Positions 60,961 to 64,000 of a stretch of DNA of 64,000 bases are shown here, piece after piece (the stretch's first letter is position 1; each line of letters opens with the position of its first letter). The notes below the pieces were generated by a model. The model saw only the letters and a list, made by a program, of their open reading frames with translations, ran no database searches and was not told where the DNA came from. The DNA comes from Scyliorhinus canicula (taxonomy: Eukaryota). The position numbers were made by a program, and so were the translations under genes. The DNA lies in NCBI RefSeq assembly GCF_902713615.1, contig NW_024055475.1, positions 1 through 64,000 of the forward strand, in the 5' to 3' direction.

Positions 60961-61435
60961 CATAACACCATAAGACCATAAGACACAGGAGCAGAATTAG
61001 GCCACTCGGCCCATCGAATCTGCTCCGACATTCAATCATGGCTGTTATTTTCTCATCCTTCCTTCTCCTGCCTTCTCCTGCCTTCTCCCCATAACCTCTG
61101 ATCCCCTTATTAATCAAGAACCTATCTATCTCTGTCTTAAAGACACACGGTGATTTGGCCTCCACAGCCTTCTGCGGCAGAGTTCCACAGGTTGGACACC
61201 CTCTGGCTGAATAAATTCCTCCTCATCTCTGTTTTAAAGGATTGATCCTTTAGTCTGAGATTGTGTTCTCTGGTTCTAGTTTTTCCTACTAGTGGAAACA
61301 TCCTCTCCACGTCCACTCTATCCAGGCCTCGGAGCATCCTGTAAGTTTCAATAAGATCTCTCATCCTTCTAAACTCCAACGTGAACAGACCCACAGTCCT
61401 CAACCGTTCCTCATACGACAAGCTCTTCAGCATTG
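60961..61435 (-). mobile_element. CR1 3' end
   Basis: YEERLRTVGLFTLEFRR...RRNLFSQRV with a TCTTATGG tail. Confidence 0.88.
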
Positions 61436-62014
61436 TAGTGTTAATGTAAGTCTACTTGTGACAAAAAAGATTATTATTATGATGGAAAATATCAAGGATA
61501 ATCCTGTCACGTGGCATTTACCCAGCAACAACTTTCTCAATTTGTTCCGTTTGGGGTTCACCAAGAACACTCGGTTCCAGAAATGATTTATGTTCAGTCC
61601 AAATAGCGGGAAAATGGTTGATGTAAAGCGTTGAGGGGAGAGTGACAGTCGTTGACATCAAGGCAGCATTTGACTTATTGTGGCATCAAGGAACCCTGCA
61701 AAACTGCAGCCAATGGGAATCAGGGGGAGAACTCTCCACTGGTTGGAGTTCTACCTTGCACAATGGAAGATGGTTGTAGGTGTTTAAGGTCAGTCTCAGT
61801 CATAGGACATTGTTGCAGGAGTTCCTCCGGACAGAGGAATAGGATCAAGCTTCGCCCTTCATCGTCATGTCAGAAGTGGGAATGTTCGCTGATGATTGCA
61901 CAATATTGTGAATTGCATTCGATTCCTCAAATACTAAAGCCGTCTATGTTCATATGCAGCAACTCCCGGACAACATTCAATATTGTGCTGATAAGTGGCA
62001 AGTAATATTCATGC

Positions 62015-62835
62015 CACTGAAGTGGAGAGAGGGCGGAGGGGAGAGAGGCAGGGGCAAACAGAGACAGAGGCGCGGAGAGAGGCCGGAGGGGGGAGAGGCA
62101 GGGGCAAACAGAGACAAAGGCGCGGAGATAGGGGGAAAGGGAAAGAGGCAGGGGCAAACAGATACAGAGGCGTGGAGAGAGGGCGGAGGGGAGAGAGGCA
62201 GGGGCAAACAGAGACAGAGGCGTGGAGAGAGGGCGGAGGGGAAAGAGGCAGGGGCAAACAGAGACAGAGGCGCGGAGAGAGAAAGAGGGGAGAGAGGCAG
62301 GGGCAAACAGAGACAGAGGCGTGGAGAGAGGGAGAGGGGAGAGAGGCAGGGGCAAACAGAGACAGGGACGCGGAGAGAGGGAGAGGGAGAGAGACAGGGG
62401 CAAACAGAGACAGAGGCGCGGAGAGAGGGCGGAGGGGAGAGAGGCAGGGGCAAACAGAGACAGAGGCGCGGAGAGAGGGAGAAAGGGAAAGAGGCAGGGG
62501 CAAACAGAGACAGAGGCATGGAGAGAGGGCGGAGGGGAGAGAGGCAGGGGCAAACAGAGACAGAGGCGCGGAGAGAGGGAGAGGGGAGAGAGGCAGGGGC
62601 AAACAGCGACAGAGGCACGGAGAGAGGCGAGAGGCAGGCGCAAACAGAAACAGAGGCGCAGAGAGAGGGAGGAGGGGAGAAAGGCAGGGGCAAACAGAGA
62701 GAGAGGCGCGGAGAGAGGCCGCAGGGAAGAGAGGCAGGGGCAAACAGAGACCGAGGCACGGAGAGAGGGAGGAGGGGAGAGAGGCAGGGGCAAACAGAGA
62801 CAGAGGCGCGGAGAGAGGGAGAGGAGAGAGAGACA
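62015..62835 (+). repeat. ~50-bp purine-rich minisatellite, ~16 copies
   Basis: GGGGCAAACAGAGACAGAGGCGCGGAGAGAGGGCGGAGGGGAGAGAGGCA with anchors at 62051, 62101, 62151, 62201 and 62251. Confidence 0.93.
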
Positions 62836-62899
62836 CACGGGGGTTAAGCAGAGGAACCCGACTCTTGGGGCAGCCGCTCCACGAGGGGACAGGCTGGTG

Positions 62900-64000
62900 T
62901 GCCAAGGGTTGGGGGGAGGACGTTCAATCACCCGAGAGAAAAATACTTCTCCTTCTTCTCCCATGTGAATAAGACCTACAGACCCAGAGACTTTTTTTTG
63001 TCTTCGGGAAAAGGTTTCTTCCAGTGGTAACAAATTGGAAATATTCTGCGATTGTGATCTTCGACCATACGCCACATTACATGGACGTGAGGTTGGAGAA
63101 GAGCCGGACCCAACGCCCACCATGAATGCGGGATGCAGCTTCCCTCGCTGATAAGGAATTCTGTAAAAAGATAACCCAAACCATCGACGGTTATGTAACC
63201 TGCAACGAGAATGGGGAGGCCTCACCCTTCACCTTCTGAGAGGCACTGATCATGGGCAATATTATAGCCCATAGGGCCCTTAGGGACAGGAAAAACAGGG
63301 AGGTCAAGCAGCGGCTGATCGACTCTACAATGGAGATGAATCGGCGATACTCCATTGCCCCAACCGTGGAACTGCTGGTGGGGAGGAAAAAGCCGCGGAT
63401 ATAATTTTATCTGCTTTCCACAAGGAGGGCCAGGCGCCGGCGCCTTCTATGAACATGGAAACAAGGCCAGCCGCATGCTGGAGCACTCGCTGAAAAAACA
63501 AGCAGCCGCGAAAGGAATAGCGCAAGTTAGCAACAGAAATGGAAGGATGGTAGCAGACCCAAAGAGGTTAATGAGGTTTTGCAGACTTTTACTGAGGGGT
63601 ATACACCTCCGAACCTCCGGAGGCGGACTCGGGGATGGAACAGTTCCTCGACAGCCTGGATATACCGGCGCTGGAGACGGCAGGAACCAAGGACTGGGGA
63701 CGCCACTTGGGTTGGGCGAAACCGTGGAATACACGGTTCCATGCAGTCAGGGAAGGGGCTGGGACCAGATGCCTTCCCGGTTGACTTTCACAAAACATTT
63801 GCAGCAGCGCTGGCCTTGAACGTGTGTTCAGCGACTTACTGTCAAATGGGCCCTGCGGCTCACATTGGCAAAGGCCTCAATCTTATTTATCCCCAAAAGG
63901 ACAATGACCCCAACAGCGTCTGGAACATACAGACCCATCTCTGTCTTAAACACCGATTGCAAAAGTCCTGTCAAAAGCATTGGCGAGGCTCCAGGGAAGC
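62900..64000 (+). mobile_element. Degenerate L1 ORF2 (EN end to RT start)
   Basis: FYEHGNKASRMLEHSLK, and near the end YRPISVLN...K...KAL. Many frameshifts. Confidence 0.7.

Noticed and set aside
61927-63225. ORFs of 248-432 aa on both strands
   Set aside because: Translations of the 50-bp minisatellite.

Overview
Vertebrate genomic DNA from a cartilaginous fish, judged from the shark-type IgM, CR1/L1 LINEs and HE1-like SINEs. The left part (1-18.7 kb) is a T-cell receptor alpha/delta-type V-segment array with segments in both orientations. It has three intact minus-strand V genes (leader, V exon, 23-type RSS), one open but atypical plus-strand V, and two clear V pseudogenes, and part of it is a duplicated cassette of convergent V pairs. 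The middle holds RTE/L1/CR1 debris, a tRNA-Glu(TTC) and an intact two-exon GPR139/142-like orphan GPCR (30167-32740, +). The right part (36.3-56.8 kb, minus strand) is a complete IgM heavy-chain cluster whose V-D-J is already joined in frame with no RSS (CDR3 ASSGGLDY). Leader, VDJ and Cmu1-3 are intact, but Cmu4 has an in-frame TGA and the TM1 exon is split by a young CR1 insertion. The VH also has an acidic N-terminal extension (DIEDIDDI) and a Trp-to-Ser change in FR2. No TCR D, J or C segments were seen. All exon boundaries were read by hand from the sequence; repeat boundaries and family names are approximate, from pattern recognition without database searches.
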